A DNA stretch of 63,740 nucleotides, filler included, from Octopus bimaculoides (taxonomy: Eukaryota): NCBI RefSeq assembly GCF_001194135.2. It is 7 parts of 7 records of this genome, joined end to end, with 100 filler letters (N's around TTAATTAATTAA, not from the genome) between each part and the next. Parts side by side here need not be neighbours in the genome. Positions count along the whole stretch, not along the records: positions 25,420 to 39,931 come from NC_069002.1; positions 40,032 to 53,798 come from NC_068989.1; 5 more parts are not named here. One strand, given 5' to 3'. Below, piece by piece: positions 36,476-47,107 of the stretch (its first letter is position 1; every line of letters begins with the position of its first letter). Below the pieces are notes generated by a model. The model made no database searches and was not told the DNA's origin. It worked only from the letters and a program-made list of their open reading frames with translations. The position numbers and the translations under genes were made by a program.

Positions 36476-37649
36476 AAAGAATTAGCTTAAATTAGCATAT
36501 CACCCAGTATTCATACAACAGAATCGTGAATATTTCTTTCTTTCTTCATTCGAAGATCTTTGAAGGACAGTGGCCTAAAGGTTCGGATATTACGCTCACG
36601 AACGAGCGTGGAGACATTTTGGGACTTATTTGAAACATTATTTTTCCATCATTGAGTTGATTGGTGTAAAAATATAATAATAATAATCATTATTATACTT
36701 GTGTTTGTTTTGTTATTAAGATTGAAAAATCTTCCTTGTTTGCAAAATATTTTGGACTTGTATTTGCAAAGGAAATTACGTTCCTGAACTCATGGTTCTA
36801 AGCAAGTTGCCTTTCCACATGCATACAACTTAAGATACTACAGGTACAGAAATATTGCCCGTTCTAAAACACCGATGCCTGAGATAGCTGCAATATTATC
36901 GGGAACACTCCACCATCGGACTTGATAAAAGGGCGACGCTCAAACTACTTAAACTTGTTACGATACTTTCCGTGTGACGATATGAATACAAGGATTGAAT
37001 TTAGATTCAGCCTCACGAAGCGTTAAAGTAAAGATATCATTTATTGATTTAAGACAACATAAGTATATCGTTTCTATTGAAAATCAAGCATGAGTTTCAC
37101 AGCAGCCATAGAAGCAATAATATAAATGAGACAACTACTACACATTCACGTGATCAGCAGAAAAATATGATCTGCCCTGAATAAACACTGCGACATAACA
37201 CACACCATTAGAAAATAGTCCTTCGAAAACCACAGTGGAATTGTCTGTGTGCTAGCGCGTGAGTGAGTGTCTGTCAGTCTGTGTCTGTGTGTTTGCGTCT
37301 GTGTATATTCAGGCTTATATACGCGCACGCATACATCAATACAGATGTATACATAAATACATACTTTACATACATACGTAAATACACACATAGAATGATA
37401 GATAATTGTAAGGTATCTCCAATATCAGTTACGGTTTAATGGAATACGATTTGTTGTTTGGAAAATTCTATTGGCAAGCGATTCCATATTGCTTTCTGTC
37501 GTAGTTTTCGACGACATCTGATTCAATGTGGCTATTGATATTTTACTTACGTATAATATTTCATGAAAATACGGAAATTGATGCTATTACCTGATATGCC
37601 CTAATGGACAGGCAGTGTGTCCACTAAAAAGGGGGAAACGTGTGTGCAA

Positions 37650-37676
37650 CTAGATATATAAACTTATACACACATG

Positions 37677-37730
<54 letters not shown>

Positions 37731-37784
37731 AGTGTGTGTGAGTGTGTGTGTACGCATATATATAAAAGTTTTATGTGTAGGTAC

Positions 37785-37840
<56 letters not shown>

Positions 37841-37865
37841 CTATATGTATGTATGGATGGATGGC

Positions 37866-37900
<35 letters not shown>

Positions 37901-37935
37901 CTGGATGGATGGATGGATGGACGGATATACATAAG
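37650..37935. repeat. (TA)n/(TG)n/(GGAT)n compound microsatellite
   Basis: Simple repeats read directly. Confidence 0.9.
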
Positions 37936-38086
37936 TGTGGCACCGTGTTAGTTACGATGAATCATGCATGAGCACGTGTGAGCACGTCCAGGAGAAGATA
38001 TTCTTGAAGAAGATTGCTAGTTACCCTTTTCCTATTTCTCTTCATCAACATAATAATAATTATAATAATAATAATAATAATAATAT

Positions 38087-38147
<61 letters not shown>

Positions 38148-38570
38148 TAGTAAGAGAGCAGCGCGTGCTATCAAAGTGACACTGGGGTACAAATGTACGA
38201 CGACCAATGGTATATTGGTCGTCGTACATTTGGTACGTCGTACATGATCGGTATGATCATGACCACCTGTCTGAAAATTGTACACCGGGCACATGCATCA
38301 CCACCATTTGTGCGCGACATGGTGATCTCATTTCAAGATAAACAGTGCATGACCTTGCAAGTGGGGCCCAGTTAGAATTTTTTTTCTTATTGATTAGCGC
38401 ACCCCGCTCAAAATTTCCCTGATCAAAATTTAAGGATGTCAAACAAAACACACATGTTTCCAGAGGTGAATTATTCAAACCAGAAAGAATTCCATTCAAT
38501 GCATGGCTATGATGCCTCTTCCACTACACCCGATCAAGATTCACATATCGTCCACCAATAAGGGACATGC
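38148..38570 (-). mobile_element. Retroposon family F copy with (TAA)n tail
   Basis: Reverse complement aligns along its length with 41720-42110; tail array at 38097-38147. Confidence 0.8.
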
Positions 38571-38641
38571 TTAACTGGTAAACTATGCTTAACTGGTTGA
38601 CTATGCTTTACTGGTTAACTATCCTTAATTGGTTAATTATG
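38567..38641. repeat. 18-bp minisatellite, 4 copies
   Basis: atgcttaactggtaaact / atgcttaactggttgact / atgctttactggttaact / atccttaattggttaatt. Confidence 0.9.
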
Positions 38642-38644
38642 GCT

Positions 38645-38825
38645 TGAAGTCCAACGTTAACTTTACGTCTAGTTTTTCAAAAACTAGCGTTGAATTTTTG
38701 GACAAGTTTTCTGGAGGCAGAATAGTGACAGAGTTATTTTGCAAGCCCACGTCATCCCGCATTTACCTCCACCGCCGCTCCGATCATCCACATCATCTTA
38801 TTCGGTCAAATCCGAAATCCGAAAT
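38645..38825 (+). mobile_element. Penelope-like element RT C-terminal fragment
   Basis: NVNFTSSFSKTSVEFLDKFSGGRIVTELFCKPTSSRIYLHRRSDHPHHLIRSNPKSE fits the PLE pattern FT..S..SV.FLD...T.LY.KPT...YLH..S.HP.H...SIP.S. Confidence 0.75.
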
Positions 38826-38854
38826 GGTGGTAGTAGTAGTAGTATTTAGGTTGT

Positions 38855-39030
38855 GAGCGTCAGAACGGTTAGCGTGCCGTTTTCAGTTCAAATTCAGCCG
38901 AAATCGACTAGGCCTATCATCGTTTCAGACTCGATAAAATAAAGTATCAGTGGAACACTGAGTTCGATGTTATCGGTTAGCCCCACCCACCAAATTTCAG
39001 GCCATATGCCTGTAGCAGAAATCAAATTGT
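38855..39030 (+). mobile_element. Decayed SINE family D
   Basis: gttcaaattcagccgaaatcgact..tcgataaaataaagtatcag..aaatttcaggcc. Confidence 0.65.
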
Positions 39031-39896
39031 TATTGCTGTTGTTGTTGTTGTTCCCTCAACGCACTGTCCAGATAATCATTATGATTATCACGGTCAACAC
39101 TTTTAAAAGCTTTTCCGATTACAGCTATTACTTTAAAAGCGACGTTTTTCTTTTGTTTTGTTTTTTTAAGAGATGGAATTTAAAGCTGTGTTGGGTAAAA
39201 TTAAGTTATTTTAAGACGAGCAACAGATTGATGTCATACTGATAGTGTCTGACCCACCGCATCTGTGGCCTTCTATAGACGGGATGAGAAGGAAGTAGCA
39301 TCTGGAATATGGTATAATCGACATCAGGTCATTGTACACAAATATAGGTACAGAGAGAGAGAGTTAAAACAGATTCCTTCAGACGAAAACCTTCACTATA
39401 TATGTGCTTCGATACGTGCATGAGTGTGTGCGCGCATGTGAATATATACATACACACATATGTAGATTAGATATAATCATACGTACGTGTGTTATATAAA
39501 TTTCAGTATCTGCCTAGCCACTTATGCATATACGCATATAGACATACGCATATACACTTACATGATATATATCTATAAGCAATGATAAATCTCTGAGCGT
39601 GGTATAAACAGTAGCTGCACGACATCGTGAAGTATATATGCCACCTAAATTTGGCTGACCCTTAAGGGTCGATGCTATTGTAGGTTGTAGCCCCAGGAAG
39701 ACATATATATGTGTATGTGTGTATGTAACTGACACAGATATAAATATGTATATAAACACATACACACATATATATATATATGTATATGTGTATGTATACA
39801 TGTATGTATGTAATACATCTATGTATACATGTATATATATAAATATAAATATATATATAATGCGTATATAAATATATATTTGTGTGCGTATATATA

Positions 39897-39931
<35 letters not shown>

Positions 39932-40031
39932 NNNNNNNNNNNNNNNNNNNNNNNNNNNNNNNNNNNNNNNNNNNNTTAATTAATTAANNNNNNNNNNNNN
40001 NNNNNNNNNNNNNNNNNNNNNNNNNNNNNNN

Positions 40032-40089
<58 letters not shown>

Positions 40090-40090
40090 T

Positions 40091-40222
40091 ATGGGCTTCT
40101 TTCTATCTCCGCCTACCAAATCAACTCACAAGGCTTTGACCGGCTCGAGGCTATAATAGAAGACACTTGCCCAGGGTGCTACGCTGTGGAATTGAATCTA
40201 GAACCATGTGTTTGCGAAGCAT
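40091..40222 (-). mobile_element. SINE C segment adjoining (CA)n
   Basis: Matches 43716-43881. Confidence 0.75.
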
Positions 40223-40599
40223 TCAATCTTTAAAATATCTTCATTGGAGTTTTTATGAATTCTGTTTTTGCATGTGTATGCTAGTGTGTGATGCATGTGT
40301 ATATGAATGTGCATGTGTGTGTATGTGTGTGTGTGTATGTGTGTGTGTGCGTGTATGTATGTGTGTCTGCGCTTATCTCTGCATGCATGCGTATATAAGT
40401 ACGTGTGCATGACACTTGTAGTGTTTCATTACAGTAGATAAAGTTACAGTCATTAAATATTTTAATTTTTACACTTCAGCTTGATGTTGTTACCCATCCT
40501 ACTGCCAATAGAATCCCTCTCAATAGAAATTAATAGAACATAAATAAAAAAAGAAACTAGTTTGGATTATGGAATTATCTTAGAACGAGGCAGTCAGTT

Positions 40600-40915
40600 C
40601 CACAACTGAAATTGCCTCTTTGTATTCTATAAGTGCTCAATAAATTCTTTGAAACGGAGATTGTTGCAGAAAACGTGCAAATCACACTTTGAAATGCTCC
40701 AGATTATTCCGTGGATATTCGCAGAGATTTCATAGAGAAATCATTTATTGTGGAGGTAAAATTAATCTAGTTTTACGATTACCAAATTCTGTACATGCTG
40801 CAAGACATGTCTTCTGGAATTCAACTGAGTAAACTAAGCGTTTGACCTCTCCAAGAACATTCCTTTTCGTAATGTGCTTTTAGAGACGCCTTCAGTTTCA
40901 AACCATGTTGTATCA
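40600..40915 (-). mobile_element. Second Helitron Rep fragment
   Basis: Minus strand reads LKLKASLK-HITKRNVLGEVKRLVYSVEFQK, matching Helitron Rep motif 2 context (VFKLKL..I.K..V.G.V...Y..EFQKRGLPH). Confidence 0.6.
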
Positions 40916-40939
40916 CGGGATATCAACACTGGCCAGCAA

Positions 40940-41250
40940 CAGTAGTAGTAGTGTTAGTATTAGTATTAATAGTAGTATTAGTAGCAGAAGTGGTGGTGGT
41001 GACAGTAGTAGTGGTGGTGGTGGTAGGGGTAGCATTAGCAGTAATGGTGGCGGTCATGGTAGTAGTAGTAGTAGTTGTAGTAGTAATGATGGTGGTGGCG
41101 GTAGTAGTAGTAGTGGTGGTGGTGGCGGTAGTAGTAGTAGTGGTGGTGGTGATAGTGGTAGTGGTGGTGGTGGTAATAGTAGTAGTAGTAGTAGTGGCGG
41201 TGGTGATAGTGGTAGTGGTGATGGTGGTAATAGTAGTAGTAGTGGTGGTG

Positions 41251-41302
<52 letters not shown>

Positions 41303-41410
41303 CAGCAGCAGCGGTAGAAGTGGTGGTGGCGGTGACGGTGGTGGTGGTGGTGTTGATAGTAGTAGTGGTGGTGGTGATAGTAGTAGTGGTGGTAGTAGTA
41401 GTAGTAACTG
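40940..41410. repeat. (GTA)n/(GTG)n trinucleotide tract
   Basis: Simple repeats; source of the poly-S/G/V/P ORFs. Confidence 0.9.
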
Positions 41411-41536
41411 CTTATATTTCGATGCTGATGAGATTATTTTAAACAAATTTTTTTTTTAAGTATTTTACAACTAAAACAAAAAAAGATACATTCAAAAAAT
41501 AATAACAAATGGTATAACAACAACGACAGCAACAAT

Positions 41537-41695
41537 GATAATCCTTTCTACTAAAGGCACAAGGCCTGAATTTTTTTTGGGGGGGGGGAGCTGGGGACTA
41601 GTTGATTACGTCGACCTCAATACTCAACTGGTACTTATTTTATCGAACCTCAAGATGAAAGGCAAAGTCAACCTCGGCGGAATTTGTCTTGGTAT
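41537..41695 (-). mobile_element. SINE family D 3' part
   Basis: ataatcctttctactaaaggcacaaggcctgaa..ctggtacttattttatcga..gatgaaaggcaaagtcaacctcggcggaatttg. Confidence 0.75.
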
Positions 41696-41719
41696 AAAAA
41701 GATGGGCTCAACCAGTTGA

Positions 41720-42109
41720 GTATGCCCCTTAGTGGCTGACGAAATGTGCATCTCTGATCACGAGCAGAAATGCTGAGGGACCATCATAGCCACGTGTTGA
41801 GAGAAATTCTTTGGGGTTTGGATAACTCACCTCTGGAAACATGGGTGTTTTGTTCAACTTCCTTAAACAACCCTTATTCAGGGACCTTTTGAGCGGGATG
41901 GGCTACTCGACCTGGAGAAAATTCTAACTAGGCTCTACTTGCAAGATCATTCGCGGTTTACCTTGATATGAGATCACCATGTCGCGCACATATGATTATG
42001 ATGCATATGCCTGGTGTACCCTTATCAGACGGGTAGTCATGATGGGTATATTGGGCTTCGTATATTTTACACCAGTATCACTTTGATGGCATGCACTGCT
42101 CCCCCACTC

Positions 42110-42110
<1 letters not shown>
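41720..42110 (+). mobile_element. Retroposon family F with (TAA)n tail
   Basis: Second copy at 38148-38570 and a 3' stub at about 60165-60180; ends ccactc(aat)n. Confidence 0.8.
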
Positions 42111-42144
<34 letters not shown>

Positions 42145-42145
<1 letters not shown>

Positions 42146-42401
42146 CAATTCCTATCATAGTAGGTGCCTTAGGTATAATTAAAAAAATATTCAGACAAAT
42201 ACATAACAAAAACACCAGGACTTACAAATATATATAACATACAGAAAATTGCACTACTGGGCAATGCACACATCCTACGCAAAACACTTTCAATACAGTA
42301 ACCATAAGAGCATCACAGCAAACCACAGCACATACCCAAGGCGCACAGAGCTGCGCTCGGTAGTGAAGTGAAAGCACGTTATAAAAATAAAACTACTGAA
42401 C
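42145..42401 (+). mobile_element. 3' end of R4/Dong-type LINE, copy 1 (ORF end + 3' UTR + TAA tail)
   Basis: TIPIIVGALGII..KYITKTPGLTNIYNIQKIALLGNAHILRKTLSIQ* (one frameshift); the IQK..LLG.AHILRK motif is typical of REL LINE C-termini. Confidence 0.8.
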
Positions 42402-42436
42402 AATAATAATAATAATTATTATAATAATAATAATAG

Positions 42437-42692
42437 ACAATTCCTATCATAGTAGGTGCCATAGGTGTAATAAAAAAATATTCAGACAAATACATAACAA
42501 AAACACCAGGACTTACAAATATATATAACATACAGAAAATTGCACTACTGGGTACTGCACACATCCTACGCAAAACACTTTCAATACAATAACCATAAGA
42601 GCATCACAGCAAACCACAGCACATACCCAAGGCGCACAGAGCTGCGCTCGGTAGTGAAGTGAAAGCACGTTATAAAAATAAAACTACTGAAC
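42437..42692 (+). mobile_element. 3' end of R4/Dong-type LINE, copy 2 (tandem)
   Basis: In frame TIPIIVGAIGVIKKYSDKYITKTPGLTNIYNIQKIALLGTAHILRKTLSIQ*; same 5' and 3' ends as copy 1 with a few substitutions. Confidence 0.8.
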
Positions 42693-42774
42693 AATAATAA
42701 TAATAATTATTATTATTATAATAATAAAGGATAAGAACACAAATAACAATAATACTAGCAACACCAACAATGGC

Positions 42775-42905
42775 TTCAAATTTTGGCACAAGGCCAGCAA
42801 CTTCGGTAAGTCGATTACATCAGTCCGGAAAGAATAAAAGGCAAAGTCGACGTGAGTAGCATTTGAACTCAGAACGTAAAGATGGACGAAATACCGCTAA
42901 GCAAG
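42775..42905 (-). mobile_element. SINE family D copy (internally deleted)
   Basis: ttttggcacaaggccagcaa..aaaggcaaagtcgac..atttgaactcagaacgtaaagatggacgaaataccgctaagca. Confidence 0.7.
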
Positions 42906-43061
42906 AATAATAACAATAATAATAACAATGTCTATAATAACAATAACGATAACACTAATAATAACGGTAACAATAAAATTAATGATGATAACAACAACAA
43001 CACCACCAGCACCACCAGCACCAGCACCACCACTACCAACAGCAGCAGCAACAGCAGCAGT

Positions 43062-43092
<31 letters not shown>

Positions 43093-43150
43093 CCACCACC
43101 ACCAGCAACAACAACAACAACAACAACAGCAACAACGACATCGACGATGG
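42900..43150. repeat. (AAT)n/(AAC)n/(AGC)n trinucleotide tract
   Basis: Simple repeats read directly. Confidence 0.85.
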
Positions 43151-43379
43151 TGACAACAACTTCTAATGTTGATGTCGGATTAATTAGAAAAGCGAAATAC
43201 ATAATTATAATAAATATTTTTATTATCATGAAACAATTCTCCTAAATTACATATCCTCAGGTATGTTTTCAAATGCATGGATGCTTGTTTTTTTTTTTTT
43301 GTTTTTTTCAATCAAATAAACATACACGGAATTATCCAGTATTGTTGTTTTGACATTTTGCTATTAAGAATTTTGGCTG

Positions 43380-43447
<68 letters not shown>

Positions 43448-43486
43448 TATTATTATTATTATTATCATCATCATTATTATTATGTA

Positions 43487-43655
43487 AGGCGGCGAGCTGG
43501 CAGAATCATTAGCACGCCGAACGAAATGCTTAGTGGTATTTCGTTCAGAGTTCAAATTCCGCCGAGGTCGACTTTGCCTTTCATTCTTTCAAGGTCGATG
43601 AATTAAATACCAGCTACGCACTGTGATCGATGAAGTCTACTATCCCCTCCCCCAA
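43487..43655 (+). mobile_element. SINE family D, well-preserved head and core
   Basis: ggcggcgagctggcagaatcattagcacgccgaacgaaatgcttag..gagttcaaattccgccgaggtcgactttgcctttcattctttc..gtcgatgaattaaataccag. Confidence 0.8.
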
Positions 43656-43665
43656 ATTGCTGTGA

Positions 43666-43709
<44 letters not shown>

Positions 43710-43715
43710 TATATA

Positions 43716-43881
43716 CAACGGGCTTCTTTCAGTTTCCGTCTACCAAATCCACTCACAAGGCTTTGGTCGACCCGGATCTATAGTAGAAGACACTTGCCCA
43801 AGGTGCCACGTAGTGGGATTGAACCGGGAACCATGTGGTTGGTAAGCAAGCTACTTACCACAAAGCCACTCCTACGCCTAT
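43716..43881 (-). mobile_element. SINE C segment with tRNA-like head; 19-bp partial head duplication at 43884-43902
   Basis: Matches 57205-57372; head ataggcgtaggagtggctttgtgg..gggttcaatccc. Confidence 0.85.
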
Positions 43882-43913
43882 GTACAGCCACTCCTACACC
43901 TACAAAGGATGGG

Positions 43914-44027
43914 ATGCTTACAGCACCTAGTTTTCCCAAGCGGTTACCCATCTAAGTACTAATTAAGCTCGATGTTGCTTAATTTCGGTGGTGGGACGAG
44001 AACCGGTGCTTTCTACGTGATATGGTC
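43914..44027 (-). pseudogene. 5S rRNA: 5S rRNA pseudogene (about nt 7-120 of 5S)
   Basis: Minus strand gaccatatcacgtagaaagcaccggttctcgtcccaccaccgaaattaagcaacatcgagcttaattagtacttagatgggtaaccgcttgggaaaactaggtgctgtaagcat is collinear with animal (mollusc-type) 5S; the first ~6 nt are missing, the A/C boxes are mutated and there is no oligo-T terminator. Confidence 0.9.
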
Positions 44028-44029
44028 AG

Positions 44030-45150
44030 CGGTTGTATGGATAGTTTACAGGAAGGCTTATGACAATATCCTACACAGCTGGCGCTTGGAGTATCTGAGG
44101 ACGCTTCGAGTTAATGAGAAGATAAACATCATTTTGGAGAAAGTAATGCGAAGTAGAACTGTCATAAGCAAATGAATCGCAAGGCAACGTGAAAATACGC
44201 GGAAGCATTTTGCAGGGAGACACGCTCTCTCCATTACTCTTCGACATTGCGCTAGTCCCTCAGACCAGACAAGTATACTGAGAAAATCCATGCCGGCCTA
44301 TGTGTTTGCCAAATTCAGGATGAGAATAAATCACCCACTTTATATGGATGATCTCAAGCTGTATACAAAAAATGAGAAAAGGAAGAACAACAGAACAAAC
44401 AAATGGAAAGACATTGAGGTATTTGGCCAATTCGTGCAACTAATCGAGAATGCTGGAAGTAAAGATTGCTGGCTCTGGTTGAAGGACAGGAACTTGAAGC
44501 AAGAAACAGAAACGTAATTATAACCCCCCAGGAACAAGCCCGTAGAACAAATCTGATAAAAACAAAGATCGACAAAACTCAGACAGTAAATGCAGGAAAG
44601 GAGAGGGAAGTATCAATCAACGTTTGAGTGAATGCAGTATACTAGCACAAAAGATATATTTGCAGAGACAGGATTGCTTAAGCAAAAGAGTGCATTTGGA
44701 TGTCTGTATGTGGCTTCAAAACAACAGAAAAGTGGTATGAACACGAACTAGAAGCTGTGATAGAAAATGAGAATTACAGGATCTTGTGGGACTTCCCCAT
44801 AAAGACTGATCTTACTATTGAAGCAAAAAAGATATGATTATAGAGGACACAATAAACAGTGTAAGGTCATAAATTTTGTAATTCCATTTCATAGCAGAGT
44901 TGATACCAAGGAAATTGAAATCATTGAAAAATATCAGGATCCAACCAGTGAGTTGAAAAAACTGGAAAACCAAGACCCAAAATGCTACTTAAAAGACTAA
45001 AGGAGATTGGAATTGAAACTCACATTGTTGACCCGCAGAAAAGAACTATTCCATATACTGCAAGAATCCTAAGGTAGATTCTTGAGATTTGAGGAAACTT
45101 GTCACCAAACATCAAGACAAAATAATAACTCAACGTGCACTAGCGCAATA
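44030..45150 (+). mobile_element. 5'-truncated, internally deleted R4/Dong-type REL LINE (RT + restriction-like endonuclease)
   Basis: WIVYRKAYD, ILQGDTLSPLLF, INHPLYMDDLKLY (YMDD at 44341-44352), WLWLKDRNLKQETE, KWYEHE..VIENENYRILWDFPIKTD, DTKEIEIIEKYQD, RILR*ILEI*; stops and frameshifts. Confidence 0.9.
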
Positions 45151-45300
45151 ATCCTCTGTGCTATAGTTACAAGGACTTAAATTTGATTGGGGCAGGAGAT
45201 TAATCGATTACAGCTACCCCAGAACTCGATTGGTACTTATTTTATCGACCTCGAAATGATGAAAGGCAAAGTCGACCTCAGCAGAATTTGAACTTAAAGC
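45145..45300 (-). mobile_element. SINE family D 3' part
   Basis: ggtacttattttatcgacctcgaaatgatgaaaggcaaagtcgacctcagcagaatttgaact. Confidence 0.75.
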
Positions 45301-45976
45301 CTAAAAGAATTGTCTGACGATTTTGGGAAGCTTTATATCTTAGTGTTGATGTTTTCTTTTCTCGAGGGGTAAAAATTCTAGCAGGCATGCGCTTCCAGAA
45401 AAGTGCAGTCTCATCAACATTGTATACTTGCTCTGGTGTGTATCCTTCTTCAACAATTATTTTCTTCAACTGTTCAGGACAATTAGTAGCAGCCTCTCTA
45501 TCACCGATCGTAGTTTTACCAGTCATTTTTGTGTTGTGCAAATTCATGTGCTTCATAAACCTTTCAAACCAGCCTTTACAAGTCAAAAAGAGTTTTTCAT
45601 TAGAAGTTCCACCTTCCTTTTCTCGGCAAATCGACATATAAACTTTTGGCTCTTTTTCCTAATTACGACCGTAGTTATCGTCACATTACGCCGTTTCTTA
45701 TCCATACGTCCAAGTGTCGTTCCATTTTAATCGTTACATTAGATCTATGGAAAAATGTCAGGACAGCCGAGTAGCTTCTTGGACACTTGACATAATTTTC
45801 TCTGTCATGTATTGTTCTCACTTTAGACGTTGCAAGATATCATGTTTTGGCAAATCCAGTTTTACTTCTGCAGCAAGTCTTTTGAAAATATCGAGTTTAA
45901 TACCCAAAGTAACCTCGTTACGGTTCCTTCTCGACACACTGACTTCAGGTCTACTTGACAGCTTTTTTCCAGACAT
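45300..45976 (-). mobile_element. Tigger/pogo (CENP-B-like HTH + DDE) transposase fragment
   Basis: ATG at 45976 (MSGKKLSSRPEVSVSRRNRNEVTLGIKLDI..), then FLTCKGWFERFMKHMNLHNTKMTG..AATNCPEQLKKIIVEEGYTPEQVYNVDETALFWKRMPARIF; 3' part removed at the SINE D junction. Confidence 0.9.
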
Positions 45977-46686
45977 CTTAATTTGAGGCAAATCCAACAG
46001 TAGTGGCGATTAATAATCCTCAACAAATATGTAGTAAAAATAAATCGGTCCAGGAAGGATTTGCTTTCTGAGAGCAGAAGATTGTCTTATAACATTCATA
46101 CACACACGCATTCACAGTTACAAACAGGCAAATAGAGACAGACGCACACACACACACACATACACTCACACACACACACTCATGCATATACAAGTGTTGG
46201 CACTCGTGCAGTCTGTTGTAGCCAACTGAGTTCAAAAGTTAGTGGTTGATAGTGGTGATGATGTTGGTTACATTGGTTTAGATCTTACCGATGCTGGGTA
46301 GGCATTGTTGGTGTTGTAGTGGTCATGTTGTCGTTGCTAACTGTATTGTGGCTGTTTACTTTGAAGTCAGCCCTCGTAAACCTAAGATCAGAGACAAGTC
46401 ATTCAACTTTTAAAATACACCAGGATACCACATCGTATATATTTTTATTTGAAATGGATTTGCAAGTGGCCATTATGCTAAGAAGAAAGTGCAGTTTTAG
46501 ATTGTTGACAAATTAAAACTACGCAATACTAGTTTCCGTGAAAGCGAAATTACAGACAGTATCCTGAAATTAACGGTCATACTTTACAATTTCCGAAAGT
46601 GCGAAACTTCGTAACGCGAGGAAGCCGTAATGCGGGGAGATCGTAACGCGAGGAATGCGCGCGCGCGCGTGTATATATATATATAT

Positions 46687-46689
<3 letters not shown>

Positions 46690-46757
<68 letters not shown>
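46690..46757. repeat. (AG)n microsatellite
   Basis: Simple repeat read directly. Confidence 0.95.
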
Positions 46758-46760
<3 letters not shown>

Positions 46761-46991
46761 GGAAAGGGTTTAGGCCACTGGTAATCCAAACTAATAAGTA
46801 TGCTGTGTAAGTGCTCCAATTGATAAGCCAATAGGATCCAGGTTCACAACGGGGGCCGGAGCTGAGAATACGTAGCCTACTTTCGAGTCAGCGGATATAA
46901 ATCAAAGGGAGAGGAAAACAAAACCGAGGCAGGACAAGCTTATCAGCTCATTTAAATTATCATAATTATATATAAATACACACACACACAA

Positions 46992-47022
<31 letters not shown>

Positions 47023-47107
47023 CATGCCTTCATATATATACACGTATATGCATGTACAAATACCTATATAGATATATACATACATCTACACACACACACA
47101 CACATAT

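Noticed and set aside
42145-42692. CRISPR-like or host-gene tandem repeat
   Set aside because: Two 257/256-bp units encoding a LINE C-terminus; no repeat-spacer structure, and the context is eukaryotic.
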